Source: Octopus sinensis
Lineage: Eukaryota
Direction of reading: 5' to 3'
Assembly: GCF_006345805.1 (NCBI RefSeq)
Contig: NC_043000.1
Span: 60,202,001-60,266,000 of the forward strand
Length of the DNA: 64,000 nucleotides
In this document: piece by piece, positions 38,290 through 52,377 of the stretch
How the letters are laid out: the number at the start of each line of letters is the position of its first letter
Numbering within the stretch: position 1 is the first letter of the stretch
Position numbers and translations under genes: made by a program
Notes under the pieces: model-generated
Seen by the model: the letters and a program-made list of their open reading frames with translations, nothing else
What the model was told of the DNA's origin: nothing
Database searches by the model: none

Positions 38290-39974
38290 TCGAGAATGGG
38301 ATCGATATCAGGCACTACAATTTCCCCACCAGCAATGAAATAGCAACAGTGTTTGTTGGGAAAATGGTGCCCCTCCTGAAAATAGAAACATTATTGTGTA
38401 TCCCAGAGATGTTCCTCTGAAAAAATATCTTACACATCATGCCACTTGGACCCTATGAGCTATCCAATTCTATTTTCCCATGGGGAATTTGGATGACATT
38501 CTGAGATGCAACATGTTGAGGAATGCTGGACACATGGACACAAGGTTTAGTGTTATTCACAGAGCTGGAAAATTATTTTGACAGTTGTAGATGCATATGT
38601 CAAGGTTAAAGGAAGCAGGTTGCAATATCTTTGGAACAATCAGACCCAGTTGCAAGTGGAAAGGTACAATGGATTGATGGACTATTTGAACAGAGAAGCA
38701 GATGAGAATATTGAATCAGGAGTACCAGTGATACTGGCAGTCCAAAGAATATGCACCAATATTTTCAGGATGCCATGTCAATTGTTTCAAAATATGCTAA
38801 GCCAGACTTGTTCATCACTTACACTTGAAACTCAAAGTGCCTTGAGAGAGTTGATAATCAACAGCAAAATGAAACAACTGAAAATAGGCCACATTTTGTT
38901 GCCTGAGTGCACAAGTGACATCTTGCAGAACTTATGAGGGATATAAAGGATAGACACATTTTTGGGGTGCCAGTGGCTCATGTCTATGTCATTGAGTTTC
39001 AGAGATATGGTGGTCTTCTCTCAAACGATGACACTCTGGAATATGCATTGCTAGAAGCTGCTGCCTGTTGGATGCCCTTACAGTTGTGTATTATGCTTGC
39101 TACCCTGTGCATGTATATGAACCCTGCAAATGCTCTTCACCTGTGGACCACTCACAAGGAATCCATGATTGAAGATTTCTTGCACCAAGGTTTTATTGCA
39201 GAACACGTAGAAAACATGGCACTGCACTCAATTGATGCAATTCTGATAGAGAATGGCATTAATTGTTTAGAAATTGGACTGCCTGAACCTATTGGAGTAC
39301 TGCAGCTTGACCATCATGAAGACCTTGACTACCCAGGCATTGCTACACTCACTGATGAACAGAGATTGATTGATAATGCTGTGCTTGAATCTCTTGATAA
39401 GAAGAGGAGAGGTAAGGTACCCAACCACTCCTGTTTCTATGTAGATGCACCTGGAAGTTGTGGTAAAACTTATATGTTTAATACCATTCTTATCGGTGAA
39501 GGAACAACTGCAATGTGTGCAGTGGTGCTTGGACAGGCATTGCCTCTACACTACTGTCAGGTGGAAAGACTATCCATAGTTTGTTCAAGTTGCCTGTCCC
39601 ACTCATGGAAGCCAGCTTTTGTAATGCACCAGCCACTTCAGACCATGCAAATCATACAAAACCTGGATTTGATCATCTTGGATGAGGCTTCTATGATCCT
39701 TTCTTTTGCTCTTCATGCTATTGATAAAACCTTGTGAAATATCACTGGCATTGCTGCTGTTTTTGGTGCTCTTGGGAGATACTTTAGGAAAATCCTACCC
39801 ATAGGCGCAGGAGTGGCTGTGTGGTAAGTAGCTTGCTAACCAACCACATGGTTCCGGGTTCAGTCCCACTGCGTGGCATCTTGGGCAAGTGTCTTCTGCT
39901 ATAGCCCCGGGCCGACCAATGCCTTGTGAGTGGATTTGGTAGACGGAAACTGAAAGAAGCCTGTCGTATATATG

Positions 39975-40005
<31 letters not shown>

Positions 40006-40800
40006 TTGTGTGTCTGTGTTTGTTCCCCTAGCATTGCTTGACAACCGATGCTGGTGTGTTTACGTCCCTGTCACTTAGTGGTTCGTCAAAAAGAGACCGA
40101 TAGAATAAGTACTGGGCTTACAAAAAGAATGAGTCCCGGGGTCGAGTTGCTGGACTAAAAGGCGGTGCTCCAGCATGGCCGCAGTCAAAATGACTGAAAC
40201 AAGTAAAAGAAAGAAGAATAAAAGAAAGAATATTACCAAGAGGAACTTGTGAAGTAATTATTGAAATCTATATTAAAAATTCTCCTCTATGGCTGAATTT
40301 CATCCAATACAGATTAAGCCAAAACATCAGGGCAGCAGCAGGTCAAAGGGAATTTGCAGCATGGCTCTTGCATCTTGGCAATGGAACATATGCAGCTCCA
40401 CAAAATCCTAATCTTGCTGTTGATGACATAGAAGTGCCTCAAATTTCCTGTGTTGATGGCTCTCTGGTAGATGACATCTTCAACAATACATCTGAGGAAG
40501 AGAGAAGCAGAGTAATTCTTTCACCAAAGAACTCAGACTGCCTCCTGATCAATGAAGAATTTTTGACACAACTTCCAAGTGACTGCCGCACCTATTATAG
40601 TACAGATAAAGTTTTGATAGATGATCCTGCTGAGGTTGAGTGCTATCCACTTGAATTTCTAAACTCTTTGATACCATCAGGAATGACTCCTCATAAATTG
40701 AGTTTAAAACCCAGCTCAATAGTAATGCTGCTTCATAACATTTCTATGTAGAATGGACTCTGCAGTGGTACAAGACTGGAAGTGGTAGCCATACATCAAC
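38290..40800 (+). mobile_element. Helitron Rep/PIF1-helicase relic with internal deletions and a SINE insertion
   Basis: LDPMSYPILFSHGEFG, VDAYVKV, DAMSIVSKYAKPDLFIT, VYVIEFQ, DAPGSCGKT (Walker A), IILDEASM (Walker B), YPLEFLNSLIPSGMTPHKL and NGLCSGTRL. Confidence 0.92.
39804..40229 (+). mobile_element. SINE family A, full length, tRNA-derived head
   Basis: A-box-like tggctgtgtgg, B-box-like ggttcagtcc, internal (TA/TG)n and an aaaga tail; it interrupts the Helitron helicase. Confidence 0.92.
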
Positions 40801-40849
40801 ATATATATATATATATATTATATATATATATAATATATATATATAGCGT

Positions 40850-41077
40850 CACCTTACTGGCACTACCAGCGTCACGTTACTGGCACTTGTGCCGGTGGTA
40901 TGTAAAAGCACTCACTACACTCTTGGAGTGGTTGGCGTTAGGAAGGGCATCCAGCCATAGAAGCTCTGCCAGATCAAGACTGGAGCCTGGTGCAGCCACC
41001 TGGTTCGCCAGTTCTCAGTCAAATCGTCCAACCCATGTTAGCATGGAAAGCGGACGTTAAACGATGATGATGATGAT
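40850..41077 (+). mobile_element. SINE-like family B
   Basis: Ends in gcatggaaagcggacgttaaac(gat)n. Confidence 0.75.
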
Positions 41078-42319
41078 ATACAAATATATATAGAAATTAA
41101 ATGAATATCTTTCAAAAGAGGAAACTATTTATATGTGGCATGTATTATATAGTTTTGTACATATATAGGTCTATTGTTTTCTGTATTCATATTGGAGGAA
41201 ACTGGCATGGCCCTCTGTTGGGAGGGGAGAGTACCATGGATTGATCGGCATTGGCAATCTTTGCACACATGGTGGACGCTCCCAAGTATCTCTGCGTGTT
41301 GTTTATTTTCCCAGCCCATGAGTATTGTTTGTTAAAAAAGGATAGAATTAATAGCTAAACTTTATGTATTTGTAAATAGAACAGTACAAATATACGCAAT
41401 TTTAGTATTTGCTGCCTAAGTATCTCATTCTATTATATATGTAGAGATTTTAATTACTCCTTTCTTCGATGCGTTATTTTTATACATACATATATTTAGA
41501 AAAAGTTTATTTACTCAACATTCTCTTAATCTGTTCGTGGAAATTCCACAGGTCCCTGCTAATTATTATTATTATTATCACTATTATTATTGAAATGTTT
41601 CTAAAGTCTGTCACTGAACTGGTTGGTTCTTTCACAAGACAATGCTCTGAATATTTATTCAGGTGATATAAATTATCTTGTTGCATGGATGAAAAAATGC
41701 TTTGCTCAAAAATCAATACTTACCACTGACACAAGAACTGGCAAGGGTAAATATAACTTACAAAATAATTTAGGTCTACTTTTTCAAGGAAGAGGATCAT
41801 CAGAACATGATAGAATTCAATGCTGGTATGTTTGAAACCATACATAAAGTAAAATAGAAAAAAGAGTGATAAACTTTGAAGATGTGGAAGGCAACAAGAT
41901 TGACAAAGAGGAAATAGATAATAAAGTAGAGTCTTAAATTTAGTGATTATTGACATAGAACAATGAACAGCTTCTAAATGAAGTTAGCTATATATATATA
42001 TTGTCATTTAACTTTCTAATAAGAAAAAGTATTAAAAATATATTAACTAAGATCTCCCAGGAAGAGCCTTTATTTGTTAATCAACAAGAACAATTAGATT
42101 TGCTATTAAAATGGCAGAGTTGTGTAAAGGCATGTTTGAGCACTGAAAAGTAGAGAATTTTCAGTTTTCTTCTATTAAAAATCAATAAGAGACTAAATAC
42201 AATAACACAAAAGAGGCACAACTCAAGAAAATAAGAAGCATTTATAAATTCTTGTCTCATATTCATGCCTTGATGAGTTTCAGAATAGATATGCATAAGT
42301 CTTTGTTTATTAACATTTA

Positions 42320-42735
42320 GGCGCAGGAGTGGCTGTGTGGTAAGTAACTTGCTTACCAACCACATGGTTCCAGGTTCAGTCCTACTGTTTGGCACGTTGG
42401 GCAAATGTCTTTTACTATAGCCTCGGGCCGACCAAAGCCTTGTGAGTGGGTTTGGTGGATGGAAACTGAAAGAAGCCCGTTGTATATATGTATATATATA
42501 TATATATGCATGTGTGTGTGTGTGTATATGTTTGTGTATCTGTGTTTGTCCCCCCAACATCGCTTGACAATTGATGCTGGTGTGTTTACGTCCCCCGTAA
42601 CTTAGCCGTTCGGCAAAAGCGACCGATAGAATAAGTACTAGGCTTACAAAGAATAAGTCCTGTGGTCGATTTGCTCGACTAAAGGCGGTGCTCCAGCATG
42701 GCCGCAGTCAAATGACTGAAACAAGTAAAAGAGTA
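42320..42735 (+). mobile_element. SINE family A, full length
   Basis: Close match to 39804-40210. Confidence 0.92.
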
Positions 42736-43654
42736 TCAGTAATTTGAGTAAGGAAATATTATTTAGAAAACTGTAGTCTGTCTTATATTCAGAATGTACA
42801 GTAATAAGAATGTTAAATTTTCCTATACAAAACTTTACTAGCTCAATTCTGAACATTGATTTTCATTAAAAATTTTGTGGCATGATATATGGACACATCT
42901 TCCTGATATGGCATGTGTTTTCCTTTGTAATCTACTTAGTATCGAAGATTTGTTAAAACTAAAGATGGACAATGACTTCATAGCTGAACTACAGATATGC
43001 AGATATAATGACACTAAATCTCTCTCTCTCTCTCTCAGAATATTGAAAGTCACAGATTCCATTACATCAAGTGATTATTGATGTGGAAAAAGAATGAGGA
43101 GGTTAGCTGATTAATAATATTTTAATCTACATTTATTCTTTAAATCAATATATTATGTTTGCTATGTTTCCTGATCTCTCCTCTTTTGATGTATATTACT
43201 ACTAAATATACATCTGGTATGTCTTGTGATATCTATATATAATTCTGGTATCTATCCTGGTGTTTATACATGATATATTTCTACTGTATATTCTAATATT
43301 CATATATATTTCTGGTATCTGTCATTGCATTTATATGCTATATATTACTGATATTTACATATACATTTATAGTAAATTTACTTTTGGAATATATACTGCT
43401 TTTTATATATATAATTTCTTTTATATATTCTACTACTCTTTTAGTATATTTTTCTACTTGCTTCAGTAGTTTGAAGCAAGGCACTGTACTCAGCACAACA
43501 GTGGTTGTGCTGAGTATAGTGCCTTGAAGTGTTTCATCAATCAAATCAACTGCAATACTTACTTTTTGAGTTTGGTACTTATTCCATAGGTCTTTTTCTT
43601 TCTTTTTTGTTATTTTTATTTTTTGCTGAACCCCTAAGTTACAGAAACAAGCAC

Positions 43655-43875
43655 ATCATCATCGTTTAAAGTCCATTTTCCATGCTGGCATGGGTTGGAC
43701 TGTTTGACAGGAGTTGGCCAAGCAGAAGACTACAACCAGACTTTTGTGTCTGCTTTGGCATGGTTTTTATGGCTGGATGCCCTTCCTAACACCAACCACC
43801 CCACAGAGTGGACTGGGTGCATTTTACATAGCACAAGCACAGGCAAGGTCAGTTTTGGCATGATTTTTACAGCTG
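43655..43875 (-). mobile_element. SINE-like family B (diverged)
   Basis: catcatcatcgtttaa...catgctggcatgggttggac...ctggatgcccttcctaa. Confidence 0.7.
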
Positions 43876-44189
43876 AATGTCAACCAATTAACAGTTACAC
43901 ACACACACACCACATGAAAGTCTTCTACACAGATTCCCCTGACCAAATTCATTCACAAGATACACAGAGCTACAGCCAGAAAGCACTTGCTTGAGGTACT
44001 GCTCTGTGGTATTTATATTCTGGTATTTATATATCTTTATAAAATATTCTGGAATTTATATATGATACATTTCTCATCTATATACTTGTATTTGTATATA
44101 ATATATTTCTGGTAAATATATACATCAGTCTCCTACCAGGTCTTTACTCACATTCAATGCAGCAGCTGCAGGCTGGAAGAGACCTCATG

Positions 44190-44382
44190 GCTGGCCCCAC
44201 ACTAGATGACTGGGCATGATTGGGGAAGGTCTCTAAAGGCTCAATGTCACCTTAAAGGATGCAGAGTGGCTGGCCTGGAACCACCAGTGATAGAGAGCAC
44301 TGGTGGACCTGGTTGGCCCTATGCATGATGATACCTCTGGGATCACTAACCTGGGATAGCCCCAGCCCCATGAAGCAAGCAA
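44190..44382 (+). mobile_element. RTE-like LINE 3' end, second copy
   Basis: Aligns with 27430-27615 (gagagcactggtggacctggt...ctgggatcactaac...cccagcccca). Confidence 0.7.
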
Positions 44383-47300
44383 ACATAATACATAAATAAA
44401 CTAGAGTGAGAAATTATTTCTATTATCATTTAAAGAAGTCTTGTAGCTCAATAAATAACAATTTCCACAACTAGGTTTTAGAGGCCACAATTATGTTCCG
44501 GAGATATGGGAAGAGGTGGATATGTGTAATAGGATTGTACAGGTGGTATGAAATACTGTTGGCAATTCTAAAAGATGTCAGTATTAAATAAGATGGTTAT
44601 ATCAGATTTGTTAAGCTGTTGTAATATAAAGTGTATTCTACAAGTTGTTAATATCCAGTGCCTGCTCTATCCAAATACGATTAATAATAGATTATTTTGT
44701 ACAGCTGTATTAGATGAAATTAATATACAAAAGGTAGAGTCCTAATTAAGTGAAGAATATTAAATAACAGATCAAATTGTAACATATTAAGTATAAATAA
44801 CCATTAAAGAAAGCTTTATTCTGATATGTCTTGTAAAGTAAGATTCAAGTTCTTGGCAAGCCAATTCACATCATTTACATTTCCTCGAGGAAGTTATGAA
44901 GATTATACCACTACATTTTTCTTCCTTGTGAAATTGTGGCCTTATGCCAAAGCAAAGAATCAATATTTGTATAGTAATTAAATCATGTTCTGTTCAAAAC
45001 AGATCCACAAAGTCAGTAGATTTAGTTATGGATTAGTGTTGTACTTAGCAGAATAATTCCATAATTCCTAACTAGTATTAAAGTGAACAGGAATTTACAG
45101 TGTGCCTTATTTTGACTTACTTTTTAACCAGATAAAGATGGGAGAAAAAAACCTTAATATTTCTATAGGAAACTACATAGAGGCTCCTTCATTCACCATT
45201 TAGCTTTGATACTCAAATTATGTGAGGAGCCTTGGAAGCCCCTTATAAATGTCTGCTGTAAAGGCATCATTTCAGTCCTGTCCACAGTTTGAATTCTTAG
45301 TATATTTAAAACTCCCTTGTTGTCAATATTAAATATCAGTTTTGGTAACAGAAATATAGCACTATAGTAATGAGAATGGTAACATAAACAAAATTAGTCC
45401 TCCAAATTTTATGCAAAAACTAGTGCCAGTTGGCTATCTCATCCAATGTGAAACAGGGAAACTATCCAAAATTTAGATATATGCTTTTACTTACCTAGTG
45501 TTATTTTGATGTAACTGTCTATCAACTAAATAAAATAGTGTACTAAATGTTTTGTGACCACATTTCTGTAGAAATTACTTGAGTTTCTATTTATTTTTTA
45601 AATAGTCAAGATTTTAATTAGTTACTAAAATAACTGGCTTCTCCATTATTAAGTTGGTCTTTGAAACATTACTCAATTAAGACATCCTTACATACAATTT
45701 TAATTTAAAACAGATGCTTTTATATCATAAATACAGGGGCTGTCTAAAATAGATTGCGTATCAAAATAAATTAAATATGTTAGGTAAAATATGTCTTATA
45801 AGTATTTGAATTGAAATTCAAAGTGTCATAATGGAATATTAAACATAGGCTGATGCTTTTTATGAAATACTAGATTTGGCAACTTACTGGCTGCTTTCGA
45901 TAAAGAATGATAGCATGTTATTGCTTAGTCTACACTGTTCAAGCAGTGGAGTGTAATTTGAGGGTACTATAGCCACCATTTCTACTAGGTTAAGCCACAG
46001 GGTCCTCATTAGCTCAATAACACATCTGTATAACTTCTTTTCCACTGTCTAATAAAGTCTCAGATTCAGTCTTACAAATCTATATTCAGCAAGATCTACG
46101 TCTTACTATTTGGTTGTGTGGAGTATGTCAGAAAAAAACACTCAAGGTATTGATTCTTAGGATGGTAATTAAGTTTGGACCAGCAAAATGATCAGTAACA
46201 TGAAGCATAATAATAAAATAAATTGAGATCTTTCAAATTTCATTGCTCAAATTACTTTGCAGATCACTAACTTTCCTCTTAATAATTACAACCATTACCA
46301 CAGCACCACCACCACCATTTCTATTACCAATAGTAATTATGAGGTAGATGTTTGTCTACCAAACTGCAGATATATAGGGAGAATGAGAGTTGTGACAATT
46401 ATACATTTCTGATATAAATTAGAAACATCCTTGGTTCTATCAGAGGAAGAAAATAAGAAAATGGCTCTTTCTATATGTAAGGCACTTTTGAAATGGAACA
46501 TGAGTATAAATAAATTACTTTACATCAGAATATAACTAATATTTTCACAACACAACTGTACACTGAATTAGATGATGATATCAAAGCCTGATGATATCAA
46601 AGCTATACAAAATATCAATACTTTTAAATGAAAGCTAGGACAGTTTATTGATAACAAGGTCGAGACTGCAGTGTAAAGCCGAGGTTTGTGGATTGATCCC
46701 ACCTTGATGTTGATTTTCCTTAACAACATATCATCCTTACATTGGAAATAGTAATGTAGTCTTTTGATATTAATCTCTTATTGTTCAGATTGAACCTTAT
46801 TACTTCTGCTCAGGTATCAATAAGGTAACAATCAGGTAATTTATTATGTTCCAAAAAAATGTGCTTATGGTTGTCTATGGCTGATAGGCTGTGTGCCAGT
46901 AGATGTTTCTACTTCATAGCCTAATAAAAAGATCCTGCAAAGCCTCTATTCATTTTACCATATCATATTTTAACAGGTGTAAAAATTACTGTTTAGGAAT
47001 TAATAAAATTTAGAAGCAAAATTCAAGACATATCAACAATCAGTTTTATTCTTTTTAAAAAAGATTAAGTGAATTATGTTCACAATAATCTTAACAGAGC
47101 CTTTGTTCTGTGCAGCTACAGCAACAAGCTGTTAAGATGAGACACAAACAGTTAAATATGACAAATAGTTCCAAATGTTCATTAAAACAATAATATGAAA
47201 TGTAACATATTTAATATAAAACAATCTTGGGTTGTATGGGACATTGTTCATGAATATGGGTTATGTGCTTATAAGAGGCATTGTCAATAAAAAGTTTTAA

Positions 47301-48124
47301 TTTGACCATTATGAGTGTGTATTTGTATGTGTCTGATACATTATTGTGTGCATGATGCACTATTGTGTGCATGTGTATAATATGCATATGTCTTCAATTG
47401 TGTGTGTATGTGCATGCGCATGGCAGTACATTCTCAGTTTACTATGTATATGTGATTGTAATAATGTGTCTGTGCAACCATGTCTTTTGCAGCATCTAAC
47501 CAACAGCATATTAATAGTGGAAACATGCTCTTTGTCTATGTAGTGAGAAAATGTTAGAGAAATGAGGGGAGAGTTAATGAGGATAAGAGAAAGGGGAAAC
47601 TAGGCATGTGATAAACTCTTCTAGTAACAAGGAAAATCTAGACTTTTAAGTAAGATTCAAAATCGAAACAAAAAGGGGTAATGACTTTAAGGGAATTTTT
47701 GCAATTCACAATCATTTCTGTTCTGTTTTTAAAAAAATTTTTTTTTATCAACTCTGAAGGGAGCTTTAATACAATTGCTTAACCTGCTACAAAAATAGTC
47801 AACTCTCCTACTAATAACAATCAAGGACGTTAAGAAAATAAAGGATACATTGGATAATGCAGTGCTATATACACACAAAGTCTTTGTATAAGATATGGGA
47901 TGGTCATGACTGGAACACTTTTGATGATAAGCCAGCTTGATCAGAGCTTGCTTTGGCTCAGATAATGATATATAACTTCAAAATGAATAAAGGCAAAATA
48001 AATAAATAAGATTTGAATTCATAATGTAGATGGATAATGATATAGTAAGATATTTGACACAGAGCTCCAGAATTTTTATATTTCACTCACTGTTATCAAC
48101 TGATAGGTGGAGGTGTGGCTCATA

Positions 48125-48531
48125 AGTGCAGGTGTAGTAGTGTGGTAAGAAGCTTGCTTCCCAACCACATGTTCCAGGTTCAGTCCCACTGTGTGGCACC
48201 TTGGCCAAGTGTCTTCAACTATAACCTCAGGCAGACCAAAGCCTTGTGAGTGAATTTGATAGACAGAAACAGAAAGAAGTCCATCATGTGTGTGCATTTG
48301 TGTTTGTGTCTGTTTGTGTCTGAGAATGTCCTCCACCACCATTTGACAACTGGTGTTGTTGTGTTTACATCCCTGTAACTTGGTGGTTCAACAAAAGAGA
48401 CTGACAGAATAAGTACCAGGCTTAAAAAAAAAGATATGTATTGGGATTGTATCATTCAACTAAAAATTCTTCAAGGCAATGCCCCAGCATGGCCATAGTC
48501 TAATGACTGAAGCAAGTAAAAGGTAAAAGAT
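48125..48531 (+). mobile_element. SINE family A (older copy, CpG lost)
   Basis: Full family A layout with many CG to TG/CA changes. Confidence 0.85.
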
Positions 48532-50242
48532 AATGTTAATGAAACATCCCTTTTATAAAAAAAAACTGTCTTACTTTTTAATTATCTTCCAAAGGGAATT
48601 AAATCAATCTAGTCATATATCTCTGTATCAACCCAAAAGAAACTTCAAATTTAAACAAAAGAAACATCAACCACTCAGTATTCATCAAAGCTAACAAAAT
48701 TAACAAATTTATATCCACCAAACATTATTACTCACTTAACAATCATTGCTCAAATTGTCTCTTTCCCTTCCAACTGCCCTGTGCTTCATGCCAGGATAAA
48801 GTAATTAGTATGCATCAAAAATTTTTTTTAGCTGTTTAGTAATTTTTGTATCCTTTTCTATTTATATGTCAAACCTCAAGACAAATTGATAGCTCCATAT
48901 ACATATTTACAATAAAAAAAGTTTTATACCACAAGTCATATATCTTCTTACTGAATGGCATCTCTACTTCTTTCTTTTTTCTTTTTTTTTTTAGAATGTT
49001 TAGAAGTTTAATTTCAATTTTTGGGTTAATGTTATAAATTTCATTATCTTGCATCAAGTTTAGGTATTGTTGTTGTTGATAGCACTTTACAGTGCCACAG
49101 ATCTTTGCATATGTCAGCTCTGAATGTAGGATTCAGGACCTCACAAACAAGACAAGCGGAAATATGTTGTAGCAACACATTCACCTAATTAAAACAACTT
49201 GATGATGGTAATGACACTAATGATGATTATCATCACCACCATCATCATCATTATAATCATCATTCATACACTTAAAGTTGGAAGATGTATGTGTGATAGC
49301 AGAGATATGTTGGATGCCAAACAAAACATAGAAATATCAACAAAAACAGTCCAGTTCAAAGGGTAGATGTCCTTTAATTACAGATCTAATAGAGATAATA
49401 TAACAAGGAAGGCTGGTTGGCTACACACTGTGGTTTTACACTACCAAACTGCTATATAAAATCAATAGTTCCCAAAACTGGTATTCAGATTGTTTATGCC
49501 AGCTTTGTGAATAAAAACATTCCTAAAGGTGTGTAGGAGTTATTAGCTCCTCTTTTTATGTTATTTTATATTATTTTGTGACCTATTCTCCTAGGTAATG
49601 CTACAGAGCAGTGTTTATGGTTATGTTCTTTAACTCTACAATTGCTTTGATTGAGCGTAACTATGAACAAAGTGGTTTCAGCCAAGGTCATCCTGTATTT
49701 TTTTTCAGACATAGTAAATCTAGGACTGCATTATCTAATGTGTCCTTCCTTTTTGTAAGATCATAGGGTGTGATTTCATGACTATTTAGCTGCTATTTCT
49801 AACCAGTCGAGCAAGCTACAGAGGCTCCTGATATTTCATGAAAGAAGTACCAAGCTCTAATTGTGGGGGGTACCTGTGGAAGGGAAGACATGGGACAAAG
49901 TGGTGAGAAAGAATCTTTGGATGCTAGGTTTCACTGAAGAAATGACAAGGGATTGGGAGAAGTGGCGATTTGCTGTACTTGATAAGACATGTCAAGCTAA
50001 ATAAAATTGCTGTCTTCCACACATACAGGCTTGTCCTTTCAGGTGCTGGTGCCACTTAAAAGGCACCTGTGCTGGTGCTGTGTTAACGCACCTGTGCCAG
50101 TGCTGCATAAATGCATCCATGCTGGTGGCACATAAAATGCACCCAACACACTGTTAAGTGGTTGGCATTAGGAGGGGCATCAAGCTGTAGAAACCAAGCC
50201 ACAACAGACAACTGGAGTCTGGACAGCTCCATGTCAAACCCG

Positions 50243-50654
50243 TTTCTTTATTACCCACAAGGGGCTAAACATAGAGGGGACAAACAAGGACAGACAAACG
50301 GATTAAGTCGACAACATCGATCCCAGTGCGTAACTGGTACTTAATTTATCGACCCCGAGAGGATGAAAGGCAAAATCGACCTCGGCGGGATTTGAACTCA
50401 GAATGTAACGGCAGACGAAATACCTATTTCTTTACCACCCACAAGGGGCTAGACATAGAGGGGACAAACAAGGATAGACAAACAGATTAAGTCGATTACA
50501 TCGACCCCAGTGCGTAACTGGTACTTAATTTATCGACCCCGAAAGGATGAAAGGCAAAATCGACCTCGGCGGGATTTGAACTCAGAACGTAACGGCAGAC
50601 GAAATACCGCTAAGCATTTCACCCGGCGTGCTAACGTGTCTGCCAGCTTGCCGC
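50243..50654 (-). mobile_element. SINE family C (Nin/Deu-domain-like) with a 184 bp tandem duplication, nested in a family B copy
   Basis: The minus strand carries gccgaggtcgattttgcctttcatcctttcggggtcgataaattaagtaccag. 50243-50426 repeats at 50427-50608. Family B sequence lies on both sides (50040-50240, 50655-50700). Confidence 0.85.
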
Positions 50655-52007
50655 GTGCAACCCATGCCAGCATGGACAGCGGACGTTACACGATGACAAT
50701 GATTTACTAAGTAATGCTATGAATTAAGACCAACAATATGGTAAACTGGAAAAAATTGGGAAACATAGCTAGAATGGTATTTTGGGGGTACTTTTAACGA
50801 GCTTTACTAGCATTTTTAGCTGTGATAAGTGCTTTAATCAAAGTAAAATACTCCAAAATGTTTTCTAATATTATAGATGCAATGCATTGTCCATGTATTA
50901 ATATGATGAACACTTGATCAAAGAAAACTAATTAAAATTCAGTATTAATTTAGTAATTTTATCTTGAAGTAAAATCAATACTTATTTTGAGTAGTTAATG
51001 CATATAACATGAACAACAAAGGTCAGGAGAGAGAAATTGTTGCTGACTTGCTTTTTAAGGCACACCATTTTACCTCATTAAAATTTCATTATTTCTTTTT
51101 TGAAGATAGCTTTTATTAAGCAAATGTTCAGTTGCACTTGCACATTTCAATAATATTTTAAACGTTTTTTTTTACACATTCACATTCAGCTATAGGCATT
51201 TAGGTTTGTACTTAAATTATTTATTTCTTAATGAATATCATCTGTGCAACAATATCAACTAATAACTGCTTCAGTAGGCCCTAGTTAAGTAACAGATACA
51301 GTGATTCACAAAGACATAGAGTTAGACAAGGTTTTAAAAATAAAACAAAAATTAACATGAGTGAATTTAATTCTATATGTATATGTTTAGCTAGCTAGCT
51401 GTGAGCAATAGCACCAAATATTTTGAGAATATTATTAATGATAACTAATATCCTTCCCAACAGAAGAATAATCTCATTCACTTATTAAAGGTTCCTAAAC
51501 TAAATAATAGCTTGCCTTTATTAGTTAGTTCCTGTGGCTTCTTGAAAACACAATTTTTTTGTTCCCTGGAAATTTTTTAATCCCAAGCAGAAAACTAAGA
51601 TACCAATTATTTATGTCACTTATTACAGTCATAGTACCAACGTGGAATTTCCACTGAGAATCAGATCACCAGAACTGCGACAACACAAACTACATCTGAC
51701 TTGACACATCCTGCCCTTAACAAATAATTGATGCACCAAAGATAACAATATAGAAGATCCTGAAAACTGATATACAGGAAGGAAAAAGACCCCTACCACT
51801 ACAAAAAAAAAAGGAGAAAAATATAGGATAGAAGGCCTGTAACTTTCTAATATTTGGTAAGTGTCTGAGAATATTACTGTCAAATACAAGCACTGGATAA
51901 GTCATACTACTTAATATGTCTAGTAATGCAAAAGAGACTATAACTAATACTAAATATCTGTGTATGGAAAAAATATTTCAAGTTATTACATGGAGGTTTT
52001 CAATATA

Positions 52008-52377
52008 TTTGTTTCAGTCATTTGACTGTGGCCATGCTGGAGTACCGCCTTTAGTCAAACAAATCAACCCCAGGACTTATTCTTTGTAAGCCTAGTACTT
52101 ATTCGATCAGACTCTTTTGCCAAACCACTAAGTTACGGGGATGTAAACTCATCAACATTAGTTGTCAAGCGATGGTGGGGGAACAAACACAGACACACAA
52201 ACATATATATATATGACAGGCTTCTTTCAGTTTCCATCTACCAAATCCACTCATAAGGCTTTCATCAGTTCCAGGCTATAGTAGAAGACACTTGCCCAAG
52301 GTGCCATGCAGTGGGACTGAACCCGGAACCATGTGGTTTGTAAGCAAGCTACTTACCACACAGCCACTCCTGCGCCT
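52008..52377 (-). mobile_element. SINE family A
   Basis: Reverse complement of the 42320 copy. Confidence 0.9.

Noticed and set aside
39804-39880. tRNA gene
   Set aside because: The A/B boxes are a SINE head; no convincing cloverleaf, and the body is repeated many times.
41663-41746. 84 nt plus-strand exon candidate (DINYLVAWMKKCFAQK...)
   Set aside because: No partner exons or recognisable homology; the opposite strand looks equally plausible.
42875-43081. F-box-like peptide (IWTHLPDMACVFLCNLLSIEDLLKL)
   Set aside because: In-frame TGA at 42857 with no acceptor or ATG before the motif, and the frame runs into a (CT)n tract.
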